Shown in pieces: positions 19,527-29,397 of a stretch of 62,718 nucleotides of DNA. The notes under the pieces were generated by a model. The model was not told where the DNA came from. It did no database searches and worked only from the letters and a program-made list of their open reading frames with translations. Numbering within the stretch: position 1 is the first letter of the stretch; every line of letters begins with the position of its first letter. Source of the DNA: a virus (taxonomy: Duplodnaviria > Heunggongvirae > Uroviricota > Caudoviricetes); IMG/VR virus record IMGVR_UViG_3300015365_000054. One strand, 5' to 3'. A program made the position numbers and the translations under genes.

Positions 19527-20858
19527 TTACTGTTGAATATTAAGGACTTGGAACTTGCGATAATACTTGTTGGTATTGTTTGAAACAACACCATCTTTAT
19601 TATCTGTTGCAAATGGGTTTGCAACTAAGCCATAACGTGTCTTGAACCCAACCTTTGGCTGATAGGTTGTTGGGTCAATAGCGCGTACCATTTGTAGCGG
19701 TACGTATGGGCAATAGAACAGACCAGAGTCATATGGGTTTTGACCCTTATAACCAACGCAAACAAAGTCTGATCCAGTCACTGAGTACGGATCAACAAAC
19801 ACTTTGATACGTCCGAATAGAACACCAGCAAATGTATTGCCAGTATCATCAACGGCTAAGTTTGTTTGACCAGTTAGTGCTGAATTGTAATCCAATAGAC
19901 CAGTCATTGATAGAGCTGATGCTACGTCTGTAGAGACGATTAGCATGTTGCCCTTACCACGACGAGTATCTTTGGCGATCTTGTTAGCTGCACGTTCTAC
20001 GGCAAATAGCAAGGTCTTATACTTTTCAACAGCCCAACGACCAGAAGTACCAGTGTCAGGAACATTGGTTGCACTTAGGTTGAAGGATGCAGTAGCAGAG
20101 CTTACGATACCTAGATTTGCACTTACGATAACCTTACGAACAACTTCACGGTTGATTTCAGCAAGAATTTCTGTTGACAAGATATTTGTCAATTCAGTTT
20201 CTGCATCTAAACCATGGATTGCCTTTAGGTCTTGTGCCAATTCTAGTGTGTAAGAAGCTTGCAACCCACGAGTTGTTGCAGTAACAGGAACACGGTCGAT
20301 TTGGAAGCCCATGTAGTTAAGAATTGAATCTTCACCAGCACTTGTTGCCATACCACCACCAGTATTGGCTGTACCAAATACTGCTGTGTTAGCAACGTTT
20401 TGGCTCATATCAACATAAGCAGTACCGAAACCACTATTAGCACCAGAATAACCAGTGTTGGCTTCTGGGAATAATGCTTCTGTTCCTCTAGTTGTTGCAT
20501 CAGCATAGGTTGAGCGCATAGCGAAAATCAAACCAGTAGGACCAGTCATTGGCTGAACGCCGCAGATGTCATAGGCCATTAGGTTTGGTAGGGAACGACG
20601 AACCAATCCGATTAGAATTGGATCAAAACCCTTGATACCACCTTCGCCGCCAACTACAGGAGACATACCACCAGCAACAGAGTTAGCTGGAGATTCCCAT
20701 AGGTTTTGCATGCTACGTGATTCTTCTCTTAGGGCAACTTCTTGATTTTCGAGAACTAGAGCAGTTACTGCTCTCTTATAGTGATCTGTGATCTTTGGGA
20801 GTTCAGGATGATCAAGAACTGGTGCCCACTTTTTTGCATATTGTTCATTTAAATACAT
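19527..20858 (-). CDS. gp23: Major capsid protein
   Basis: KWAPVLDH, LLENQE-like, GVQPMTGPTGLIFAMRS, ELAQDLKAIHGLDAE, YCPYVPL and GFKTRYG. Confidence 0.98.
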   Translation of the reverse strand: MYLNEQYAKKWAPVLDHPELPKITDHYKRAVTALVLENQEVALREESRSMQNLWESPANSVAGGMSPVVGGEGGIKGFDPILIGLVRRSLPNLMAYDICGVQPMTGPTGLIFAMRSTYADATTRGTEALFPEANTGYSGANSGFGTAYVDMSQNVANTAVFGTANTGGGMATSAGEDSILNYMGFQIDRVPVTATTRGLQASYTLELAQDLKAIHGLDAETELTNILSTEILAEINREVVRKVIVSANLGIVSSATASFNLSATNVPDTGTSGRWAVEKYKTLLFAVERAANKIAKDTRRGKGNMLIVSTDVASALSMTGLLDYNSALTGQTNLAVDDTGNTFAGVLFGRIKVFVDPYSVTGSDFVCVGYKGQNPYDSGLFYCPYVPLQMVRAIDPTTYQPKVGFKTRYGLVANPFATDNKDGVVSNNTNKYYRKFQVLNIQQ

Positions 20859-20882
20859 TTTTGTTTCCTCAGTTCTTTCCGA

Positions 20883-21971
20883 TTAAAATTTCGGATTTGT
20901 TTTAGTAATTGCACTTACATAATGTGCCATAATGCCAGATATTTCTGCTTCTACTTCTGGCTGTTCAATTGTTGTTTCTTGAATAGCCTTTACCTCACTC
21001 TTCACAGTTGTCTTTGATGGGAAGTAGTTTTCACGAATTGTCGTGAGTTTATTAATATAATCACCCTCTGTGGTGAACTCCACGCCCTCTGCAAGCGATT
21101 TCATTTTGCCAACTTGTACTTCGGTTAAACCTTCACAAATTTTGCGAATACTTTCATTCTTCTTTGCTGTATGAAATTCTTCTGTTACCTTGACCAATTC
21201 TTCTTCACGAGCAGCAATAGTGTCTTGCATTTCGATGACTTGACTTGCTAATTCTTCTGCAACGTCAACCTTAGAATCAGGGATTTCAATGTAATGTTCA
21301 GCAAATACGTTCTTCAAGCTAACTAGAAGATCTTCTGAAATTTCAGCGCGTAGACCCCTTTCGATGGCAACTTGATTTTCCTTCATCCATTCCTCAACAA
21401 CATAATTCAAATATGAATCAACTTGTTCAGACAATTCGGATGTGATACCTTCAATTGCTTCATCGATGATCTTGTCATTATCAGACAATACATCTTCTAC
21501 GATAGATTCAACTCTGCTTTGTACAGCAGCTTCGAATATAACAGTAGCTTTGGTTCTAAAATCTTCTGATAAAGACTCACCGTTGAATAATGCATTTACA
21601 TCTTCAACCATTGAGCCTTTACGTGCATTGACCTTTTCTCTAATCCAATTCTTCTTTTCTTGTGTGACATCTTGCACAGATGTTTCTTCACCTTGAAGAT
21701 TGGTTCCGATTGGAGCCACCACTGGCTGTGCCAATCCTTGAGTTGTTGGGTTTCCTTCCTTGTCACCTTCTGTTGAAGTCTGACCTGGTTTTGGTGCTTC
21801 GGCTACTCCAGCAGCAGCAGCGGAACCTACACCTTCCCCACCTGGGTTTTCGGTAGTTGCGCCACCTAAATCTTGGACACCCGCGTTTACTACTTGCTGT
21901 GGTTCTTCTTGTTTAGTTGCAATTGAAGCTTGAAGAATTTCAGCAGCTGATTCAGATAATGTTTTTGCCAT
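20883..21971 (-). CDS. gp22: Prohead core scaffold protein
   Basis: LSEDFRTKATVIFEAAV and VDSYLNYVVEEWMKEN.VAIE.GLR; acidic; located before gp23. Confidence 0.93.
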   Translation of the reverse strand: MAKTLSESAAEILQASIATKQEEPQQVVNAGVQDLGGATTENPGGEGVGSAAAAGVAEAPKPGQTSTEGDKEGNPTTQGLAQPVVAPIGTNLQGEETSVQDVTQEKKNWIREKVNARKGSMVEDVNALFNGESLSEDFRTKATVIFEAAVQSRVESIVEDVLSDNDKIIDEAIEGITSELSEQVDSYLNYVVEEWMKENQVAIERGLRAEISEDLLVSLKNVFAEHYIEIPDSKVDVAEELASQVIEMQDTIAAREEELVKVTEEFHTAKKNESIRKICEGLTEVQVGKMKSLAEGVEFTTEGDYINKLTTIRENYFPSKTTVKSEVKAIQETTIEQPEVEAEISGIMAHYVSAITKTNPKF

Positions 21972-21997
21972 TTGTTAAACTCCTAAAGAGATATGTT

Positions 21998-22005
21998 TAT
22001 TTATA
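21998..22005 (-). promoter_or_regulatory. T4 late promoter TATAAATA for gp22-gp23
   Basis: Exact consensus upstream of the GGAG RBS. Confidence 0.75.
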
Positions 22006-22039
22006 AAAATTAAAATTTTGACAACGTTTTGTTGTCATA

Positions 22040-22846
22040 TCAGCCGCTGTGACTGCTTCGTTTGATATTCGATATCATTTTACATTTATTGAAATGATAT
22101 CTAACCATTGCAGGTTTTCCTCCAGTTTTTAAACAATGTGGGCATGTTACTTGCTCCTTTGGTTGTTTAAATAACATAGATATTTTTGGATCTTTCATTG
22201 GATTATTTATAATCATGCGTTCTCTGCTTAAACTGTCAATATATTCTCTGTTTAATTGAAAGTTGTGAGCTTTTGTTGCTAAAAGATCCTTTTGTTTCGC
22301 TGATGCTGATACCCTATTGGATATTTTATTCATGGGATTATCCTGTATAAACCTCAATTTACCAGCATTTTTTCTTTTTTCTATTGTTTCTTTATTTTGA
22401 AAATTATGAGAACCAAAAGAAAGTTGTTCCTTGCATTTATTTTTCCTCATTATTCGAATGGATTCTTTCTTTGATGGATTATTTTCGCTTAAATAGCGTT
22501 TACCATCAGCAGACTTCATCCAATTTTGATCGCTTCTTCTTTTTCTTTCATTTTCGGATTTTGCTGGATTTAAATCTCCTGTTGCGAACCCGACACTAGT
22601 ATTATTGAAGTTCATATTAAACTCATTATCAATATTTTTAATTATTTCATTTTGTTCAGCTAAAATTAATTCGTCAAAAGAATTATAATATCCAATAATT
22701 TCTCTTGATAATTTAGATTTATCTTTTATGGATCTGATCCATTTACCAGAACCCAGATATCCATCTTGTTCATTTTCTGTACTGTGTCTTCCTATATAAT
22801 ATTTACCAGATTCAGTATGCGTTGTTTTATATATAAAATGGATCAT
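22040..22846 (-). mobile_element. Free-standing GIY-YIG (seg-like) homing endonuclease between gp21 and gp22
   Basis: FIYKTT....GKYYIGRH....DGYLGSG..E..N; basic NP(M/S)K repeats; C-terminal CPHC..G....M.RYHFNKC. Confidence 0.85.
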
Positions 22847-22852
22847 TTTTTT

Positions 22853-23497
22853 TTACATTTTATTCAAAAAGTTTTCGAATATCTTTAATGATATTTCATC
22901 AAGTTGCTTTTGTTTAGCTTTTTTGATCTGTTCGTAATATACATTTACATCCATCTCCTTAATCAATCCATTTTCCCAGACCCACTCTTTATGTTCCATC
23001 AATCCATTAACAAAACACCCTGGTCCTGATGGGTCTGCAACAATGTCAGCAGCAGTAGCAAGATAGAAATCATCTTGAACCATATTGACACCATTTACAT
23101 TCTTTAATGAACCCATACCACGGGAAGATACACCCAATGTTGCTCCACCTTCCATCAAAGACTTAGCGATTTTACCCATTGGGGTATCCAATACTTTAGC
23201 TTTTCCCATGAAATTGTTTCCTTCCTTCTTTAGAGAAACAATTAGATGTGATACTCTATCTAAATTAATTGATGGTGTATCTGGATGCCCCAATTCACCA
23301 AATGCTCTATTTTTATCGATGTATTCTTCTGTATATCGTTTGGCTTCTTTTTCAAGAATTCTTGATTCATAAAGACGACCATTCCTATTCTTTTGTTCAG
23401 CAACAAGGAATGGTCCAGTAATGTATAGGCTTTTTACACCATTCTTTTCTTCAACCAACACACTTGTGTCTACAATATCTTCTCTGATTAGTTTCAT
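22853..23497 (-). CDS. gp21: Prohead protease
   Basis: NRNGRLY, GELGHP, VSH, GVSSRGMGSL and DIVADPS. Confidence 0.97.
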   Translation of the reverse strand: MKLIREDIVDTSVLVEEKNGVKSLYITGPFLVAEQKNRNGRLYESRILEKEAKRYTEEYIDKNRAFGELGHPDTPSINLDRVSHLIVSLKKEGNNFMGKAKVLDTPMGKIAKSLMEGGATLGVSSRGMGSLKNVNGVNMVQDDFYLATAADIVADPSGPGCFVNGLMEHKEWVWENGLIKEMDVNVYYEQIKKAKQKQLDEISLKIFENFLNKM

Positions 23498-23498
23498 T

Positions 23499-23783
23499 TT
23501 AGATTCCTAATGCCTTTCTTTTACGGAGTGAACGTCTTCTTTTTATCAAAGCTCTTGCCATTTTTGCTCTGCGTTTGATCTTGGCTTTCCGTGCGCCCCT
23601 TTTTCTGTCCATTCTTTCTTTGGCAGACATACGGATGACCTTACCACCACGCATTATATAACCCTTCAATGCAGAAACTTTCTTTCGACGTTGTATTTTC
23701 CCATTACGGACACGAACGCGAATAGTTTTAGTCTTACCAGACCTAAACGTATTGGCTTCTACAATGTCTATTTCTGTACCCAT
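23499..23783 (-). CDS. Small highly basic prohead core protein (gp68-like position)
   Basis: Very R/K-rich after an acidic leader ending IVEA; lies directly upstream of gp21. Confidence 0.65.
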   Translation of the reverse strand: MGTEIDIVEANTFRSGKTKTIRVRVRNGKIQRRKKVSALKGYIMRGGKVIRMSAKERMDRKRGARKAKIKRRAKMARALIKRRRSLRKRKALGI

Positions 23784-23786
23784 TAA

Positions 23787-25205
23787 TTATTTATTACTTT
23801 TTGGTGTTTGAAAGCCATGTTTAGCAAAATCAAAGGGTTGATTCCTTGGTAGATCAGCTGTTCCTGCTCTGCTATTGATAGCTTCTACTTCATCATCACC
23901 TAATAATCTATTGACTTTCATTGAACCAGATATCAACCAATTACCAGTCATGTTTGGATTTGTTTTATATCTATAATGACCACCAAATGGTATTTGATCC
24001 GTCACGGCAGCAGTGCTTGCTATGATCTTTCCATTCTTATCTTTTCTCGCATTGGAATTAGCAACAGATTGCCAATCAACGTCAGCAGGAACTTCTACTT
24101 CTGCCCACACATGATGTGGTTCTCTTGTATCTGGTGGTAATGATCTATCACCATGAGATTTTCCGCCTATATGATGTGCTATTGGCAGATCTCCACTGTG
24201 CCAACCGGGGCGATATGCCAAATCACCAATTTTAGATTTTACTTTATTAGGTGATTTGCCTCTCTCACCACTTGATGCATTTATCCATTTTCCCATTTCA
24301 ACTGGGCTATTTGCATCAACGTATAATGGATATATTTTCCCTTGATGTTGTGCACCTTTCTTTACTTGAAATAGTTTATACGCAGTTACTGTTTTTTGTG
24401 GGATATTTCCAGCATCTGATGGCTGAATATCTTCATTTATAAAGTGACCATCGAATTCTTCATTGTGTATCTCTGTTCCTACAACTGCACCAATACCTTC
24501 ATGCGCAGTATATGGTACAGAAAATGCTAATCCGAGTTTATCATTAGTATACAATGCAACACGTCTCCCATCAGGAAACTGTCTTATTGCTGTTCTCTTT
24601 AACACCAACATTGCTGGTGGTTGGAAATTACCATTGACAGATTCGCTAATCTGTTCTTTATCTGTTATTATGAATGATTCTTGTTGATTTGCTCTCTGAT
24701 CCGTTCTTGCTTTTTTAGCAGCTGCATCCGCAGTTTGTTTGGCTGTCTTTTCTATATTTGTTAATATTTGATTTGTTTGTGATTGTTGTCTTCTCTGTAG
24801 AGCAGTGAGTGTTCTAGCAACATTGACTGCTTTGTCTACTGGAATATCAGCACCCAAAAGAGGATCAGGGAATCCTGTTGAATTTATGTCTCTTATCTGT
24901 GTCTGTTGTCTCGGATTCAATCTTGACACGGCACTTGCATATCGTATTGATGGATTTTTTTGCAAAGTGTCTGTTAGCTTCTCATACGCACTAACAGCAG
25001 AAGATGGACTGAATGACATATCCCCAGACGCAGCTCTAGTAGCTTGAGTCAATGCACTCATTTTTTGTGAGAGCGTATTATGTGCTTCACGTTTTTTGGC
25101 TAAAGCAGCTTGGCTCTTTGATACTATAGTTTGTTTGGCATCCTGATCATCCTGATCATTTTGGCTATATTCCAATAGTCTTTGTCTAAGAGTCTTTAAC
25201 TTCAT
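23787..25205 (-). CDS. Prohead-core-region protein with an appended C-terminal globular domain
   Basis: Located between portal and protease. Has an MKLKTLRQRLLE leader, a PPAMLVLKR..RQFPDG..VALY middle segment and a C-terminal AYKLF..YPLYV..LAYRPGWH..VWAEVEV domain. Confidence 0.65.
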   Translation of the reverse strand: MKLKTLRQRLLEYSQNDQDDQDAKQTIVSKSQAALAKKREAHNTLSQKMSALTQATRAASGDMSFSPSSAVSAYEKLTDTLQKNPSIRYASAVSRLNPRQQTQIRDINSTGFPDPLLGADIPVDKAVNVARTLTALQRRQQSQTNQILTNIEKTAKQTADAAAKKARTDQRANQQESFIITDKEQISESVNGNFQPPAMLVLKRTAIRQFPDGRRVALYTNDKLGLAFSVPYTAHEGIGAVVGTEIHNEEFDGHFINEDIQPSDAGNIPQKTVTAYKLFQVKKGAQHQGKIYPLYVDANSPVEMGKWINASSGERGKSPNKVKSKIGDLAYRPGWHSGDLPIAHHIGGKSHGDRSLPPDTREPHHVWAEVEVPADVDWQSVANSNARKDKNGKIIASTAAVTDQIPFGGHYRYKTNPNMTGNWLISGSMKVNRLLGDDEVEAINSRAGTADLPRNQPFDFAKHGFQTPKSNK

Positions 25206-25368
25206 GTGTTGGTTCTTCTGTTGATGGCATTAGTAATGTTGATGCAACTTCCACTTTCTTAGCTTCAAGCGCGTCACCTACTTTGCCAGCAATAGCAGAT
25301 TCTATTCCAGATTGGAAAGTATCTCTATCTCCTGCTAAAGCTGCGCGTACTGTATCTATCATAGTCAT
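25186..25368 (-). CDS. Small prohead core protein (gp67-like position)
   Basis: Short helical ORF right after the portal gene. Start 25368 has a GGAG RBS and CTAAATA at 25392-25398. Confidence 0.6.
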   Translation of the reverse strand: MTMIDTVRAALAGDRDTFQSGIESAIAGKVGDALEAKKVEVASTLLMPSTEEPTHEVKDS

Positions 25369-25398
25369 ATTATTCTCCGACATATATTAAATATTTAG

Positions 25399-26952
25399 TC
25401 ATTGTTGATCTGGTGGGGTAATTCCCAATTTCTTCATCATCTTCAATTGTTCAGCTTGCTGTTCAATTGCGGCAATCTGATCCTCTTGAATTTGCTCATC
25501 CACCTTTTCTTGCTCATCTTCATCCATTCTTATTATGTTCTTTTTCACCCATTCATTAGAGTAATACATACCAACATATGGAGTGATCGTCTGTAACAGA
25601 GTTAATCTTTGTGTCAATAGTTCTGCTTCTTTTAATTCCGTGAAATTATTATCTTTCAGGAAGTTATAATGGATGTTCTCTCTAAGTTCTTTCCATTCAT
25701 CAATCGAACAGATTCCTTTTAGAGCAAGTTGCCTCTGCATTAATTCATCAAATAATGTAGAGAATTTAGCGCGTAATCTATCAACAAATTTTGTGAATTT
25801 TAATTCGTCTCTGGTGATTTCTGTAGTTCTACCTAACATGAATCCCTGACCCTGATCCAATCGTGTAACAGGAACATTTAATGACTTGTTTAGTTTCATT
25901 TCAAAATATTTAACGTCGGCCAATTCACCGAGATTTTCTCCAGCAGGTAGAGTAGTGATTTCTGTAGATTTACCCTCACCTCTTCGTGGAATCCAGAAAT
26001 CTTCCATCATAGATAAGAATTTCCTATCATCTTTCACTGTTCCTGTTGTCGGATCATATGTGACTTTATTTCTGAATTTTGTCATAATATCATTTAGATA
26101 TTGCTCTGCCTTTACTTTTGGCATGTTAGCAACATCAATATAGAACACTCTTCGTTCTGGTGCTCTTGATATTCGATATATCACTATAGCATCTTCAATC
26201 ATTCTTAACTGATTGAGTGGTTTTATTGCTTTATGTAAGTATGATAGAACCATTGTACGCTTTGCGTCCATCAATCCAGAATTTACATTGACGATGGCAT
26301 CAGTTGCAATTTTTATCCCTGCATCTGTTGGTGATGTAGTTATTGATTGTCCTTGTGTGGTGGCTTTATCATTATAGATATAGAATTCTTGTGTGCCGCC
26401 AACGATATCAACACCAGTTCGTGGATCTTTTGTCTTTATGACAGATCGTATCTTTTTTACTTTTCTTGGGTCTAAGTATAGTAATTCCTGAATCCCTAAT
26501 TTTGGCTGTGATTCGTCTATCAACACTTGATAGAATAATCTACCATCAATATACCATCTCTTGAAGATATCATATCCATCATTTGAGAAGTTCAGAAGCT
26601 TTAGTATATTTGCAAATTCTATTCTGAATAATTCTTTAATATTATCTGGTTGCTCCAGATCATCCAATACAATACTTACTGATTTACCTATATCATCATG
26701 TACAATTGATTCGTTTATAATATCATCTACTGCGGTTTCTATTTCTGGCTGCATAGCCATTTCGCGGTATCGTGTTATAAGATCATTTTCGTTTTTATAT
26801 GACGCTTCTAGGTCAAGATATGTGCCGAAATAACCACCAGATGCTACATTAATAGCACCATCATCCGTTAATGGTGCTGATAATTGGGGTTGTATTTGTT
26901 GTTCTTTGTCTTGCTGACGAACAATCTCGAAACCAAAGAGTGATATTGCCAT
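25399..26952 (-). CDS. gp20: Portal vertex protein
   Basis: WYIDGR, SYLHKAIKPLNQLRMIEDA.VIYRISRAPERRVFYIDV, EDFWIPRR and EITRDELKF. Confidence 0.98.
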   Translation of the reverse strand: MAISLFGFEIVRQQDKEQQIQPQLSAPLTDDGAINVASGGYFGTYLDLEASYKNENDLITRYREMAMQPEIETAVDDIINESIVHDDIGKSVSIVLDDLEQPDNIKELFRIEFANILKLLNFSNDGYDIFKRWYIDGRLFYQVLIDESQPKLGIQELLYLDPRKVKKIRSVIKTKDPRTGVDIVGGTQEFYIYNDKATTQGQSITTSPTDAGIKIATDAIVNVNSGLMDAKRTMVLSYLHKAIKPLNQLRMIEDAIVIYRISRAPERRVFYIDVANMPKVKAEQYLNDIMTKFRNKVTYDPTTGTVKDDRKFLSMMEDFWIPRRGEGKSTEITTLPAGENLGELADVKYFEMKLNKSLNVPVTRLDQGQGFMLGRTTEITRDELKFTKFVDRLRAKFSTLFDELMQRQLALKGICSIDEWKELRENIHYNFLKDNNFTELKEAELLTQRLTLLQTITPYVGMYYSNEWVKKNIIRMDEDEQEKVDEQIQEDQIAAIEQQAEQLKMMKKLGITPPDQQ

Positions 26953-26970
26953 TATTTACCTCATAATTTA

Positions 26971-27019
26971 ATGTTGAATTGAATCAACATATAACGTATA
27001 TATGTTGATTATAATCAAC
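26971..27019. repeat. Array of overlapping inverted repeats in the gp19-gp20 spacer
   Basis: ATGTTGA/TCAACAT (26971-90), AATCAACATATA/TATATGTTGATT (26982-27010) and the palindrome GTTGATTATAATCAAC (27004-19). Confidence 0.75.
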
Positions 27020-27021
27020 CT

Positions 27022-27534
27022 TTAACCAACGTCTGCTTGTTTCGTTGTCCAATACTGGTAAGCAAATGTAACTTGATATTCTTCTACAGTATCATTTTGC
27101 CCCCAATCCAATTCTATTGGAGAAACGTCTGTTGGATACAATCCAACAAAGGTATACTGTTTCAATTTATCGCCCTGTTTACCATATTGAAGAACATCAG
27201 CATCAGTGAAATAATTTGCAGATAATGATGTTGCAATATTTGTTTGATGTGAATTTATTTCACCCATCCAGCCTTCTAATAGGTTGCGGACAAGGAAATC
27301 CTCATCATTTATTACTGTTACTGTCCATTCTGGGAATGTCCTGTTACCAGCAAGCTTGATTTCACGACCAAAGTAGTACACAGGAACAGTACCAAGAGTA
27401 GAACCAGGAAGTTGAGCAGATTTACAAGTAAAGCTGAATTTACTGGTAAGTCTTGATAAACTTACTTGGAATAGATTAGGTCTTGCTCCGTCATACTGAA
27501 ATTGACCTTGAAATTCTGATATATTAAATGGCAT
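27022..27534 (-). CDS. gp19: Tail tube protein
   Basis: GARPNLF, LPGS, GR.IKLAGNRTF.EWTVTVINDEDF and F.YQYW; CATAAATA late promoter at 27559-27566. Confidence 0.97.
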   Translation of the reverse strand: MPFNISEFQGQFQYDGARPNLFQVSLSRLTSKFSFTCKSAQLPGSTLGTVPVYYFGREIKLAGNRTFPEWTVTVINDEDFLVRNLLEGWMGEINSHQTNIATSLSANYFTDADVLQYGKQGDKLKQYTFVGLYPTDVSPIELDWGQNDTVEEYQVTFAYQYWTTKQADVG

Positions 27535-27574
27535 TTGTGTCTCCTAGAGATTCTGGTTTATTTATGCTGTAGTA

Positions 27575-29332
27575 TTAAAACTTACCAACAACTTCATCGA
27601 AGCTTACACCAGTTCTAACAGCAACGAAATTCAATTGTATGAAATTGATACTTCTAGCTGGTTTGATATAAATGTCACCAATAAACTCATTTCTATCAAT
27701 GACTTCACCAGTGTTATTTGTTTCATCACATACAACCTTATAGTCATATATGCCACGACGACCCTTCACATCTCTCAAGAATGGTTCGACAATTGACACG
27801 AACTGTGCTCTTGTAAATTCATCATTGAATTCGAATAGGCTGGATCTTGCTGCTCTAGCAATAGCCTTTTCCAGCACAATGAACAATCTACGAACATTGA
27901 TTCTGTCAAATGCCGATGGTCTTGCAAGTAATGTCTTGTCGCCATACAACATAACACCTTCTCCTGGGAAGGATACAATTGGATTTATTCCGGTTTTGTA
28001 TAGAGTGTCTCTATCTGTCTTATTTGGAACATAAGCAAGCTTAACGACATTCTTGATGTTACCACGAGTTAAACCAGCAGGACTCCACCAAGGATCACGT
28101 TCAGCATCTGTACGAACACACAAGCCAGCAATATCACCATTTGATGGTATCCAACGATATACATCATTATACTTGTCGTACTGGTATTTCCAAGAGCTGT
28201 CCATAACAGCATAACTTGAACTTCTTCCTAATCCATCACGATACGAAGCAACATCTGTTGCTGGTGTTGATGTTTGGCAATTTGCTAGTGGTGGTGAAAT
28301 AAATGCAACACAATCCTTTCGTGTTTCTACGATATTATCTATAACGTAACGTTGAACATTAAGCATTCCTGTTTCTGTGGTATATCCCCCAGTAAGCACT
28401 AGTGATATATCAATTTCTTCTGCATTTACAAATTTGCTGTATGAATTTATAACATTTGCGGATATAGGATTACCATCAGTACCTCTAACAAGATCAATAC
28501 TTACGGCAGGATTAGCACCGTCAATGTTTATGAAAGATTTTCCAGCAGATGCCACAGTTCCCCATGCATTTGCACCAGCATTATTAACAGTATTTACTGT
28601 GTCTGGGTGTGCTGTAGAATATATATACTTTGATTTGTTATAAATTACATCTCTATAGTAGTTAGAATTACCAAATGAATCTTTAGCATTGATTGCCTTT
28701 GATACGAAACCAAATGTTTCTAATACAGTGTTCTGTGTTCCGGTGAATGCACCATCAGCGTCAACAACAACGATGTGTAATTCGTCATTGGCTGCACCAA
28801 CAGATGCGGCATAAGATGATGTTGCTGGTGCGCTTGAGAATAGCGTATTTCCTGTCCATGTAAGGAAATCGCCAGTATTTGCGCAAATATCTACTCTTAG
28901 TGAATTACCTTTAGCACCAGGATATCTAGCAGCCCAAGCACCAATTGTTGTATTGGTTCCTGTGTAGTAATTGTTAAAATATTCTTGATCATTTTTAATG
29001 GATGCATTAGCTGTCTGTGCTGGGTTTGAAACAGCAGTATTTGTAGAAGAACTACCTGCTCTCACAACTCGTAGGTCATTACCATACGACAAGAAATTTG
29101 CAGCTGTGAAAAATGATATCGCATTATTCGATGAATATGCGGTATTATCTGGTGAATTTGGTTTACCGAAAAATTCAACTAGTTTATTTTCATTGGCAAT
29201 CTGCACTGGGAAATCTATAGGCCCCCATGTGAATACGCCAGCGAATGCGCCAGTGGATGTCCCAACGGCAGGAACAACGGTTGTTAAGTCAATTTCAGAT
29301 GTTACAACACCTGGAGATAGTTGAAAGCCCAT
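27575..29332 (-). CDS. gp18: Contractile tail sheath protein
   Basis: LSPGV...EIDLT, PWWSPAG..RG, FDRINVRRLF and KPARSINFI.LNF; CTAAATA at 29378-29384. Confidence 0.98.
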   Translation of the reverse strand: MGFQLSPGVVTSEIDLTTVVPAVGTSTGAFAGVFTWGPIDFPVQIANENKLVEFFGKPNSPDNTAYSSNNAISFFTAANFLSYGNDLRVVRAGSSSTNTAVSNPAQTANASIKNDQEYFNNYYTGTNTTIGAWAARYPGAKGNSLRVDICANTGDFLTWTGNTLFSSAPATSSYAASVGAANDELHIVVVDADGAFTGTQNTVLETFGFVSKAINAKDSFGNSNYYRDVIYNKSKYIYSTAHPDTVNTVNNAGANAWGTVASAGKSFINIDGANPAVSIDLVRGTDGNPISANVINSYSKFVNAEEIDISLVLTGGYTTETGMLNVQRYVIDNIVETRKDCVAFISPPLANCQTSTPATDVASYRDGLGRSSSYAVMDSSWKYQYDKYNDVYRWIPSNGDIAGLCVRTDAERDPWWSPAGLTRGNIKNVVKLAYVPNKTDRDTLYKTGINPIVSFPGEGVMLYGDKTLLARPSAFDRINVRRLFIVLEKAIARAARSSLFEFNDEFTRAQFVSIVEPFLRDVKGRRGIYDYKVVCDETNNTGEVIDRNEFIGDIYIKPARSINFIQLNFVAVRTGVSFDEVVGKF

Positions 29333-29397
29333 GTTTTACGCTCCTATACAATGGAGATTAAGAATATCTACTTGTATTATTTAGTTTTTTATGTTTT

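Noticed and set aside
19403-19624. 73-aa minus-strand ORF overlapping the gp23 end
   Set aside because: It crosses the gp23 terminator and the gp3 promoter, and no RBS or motif is evident.
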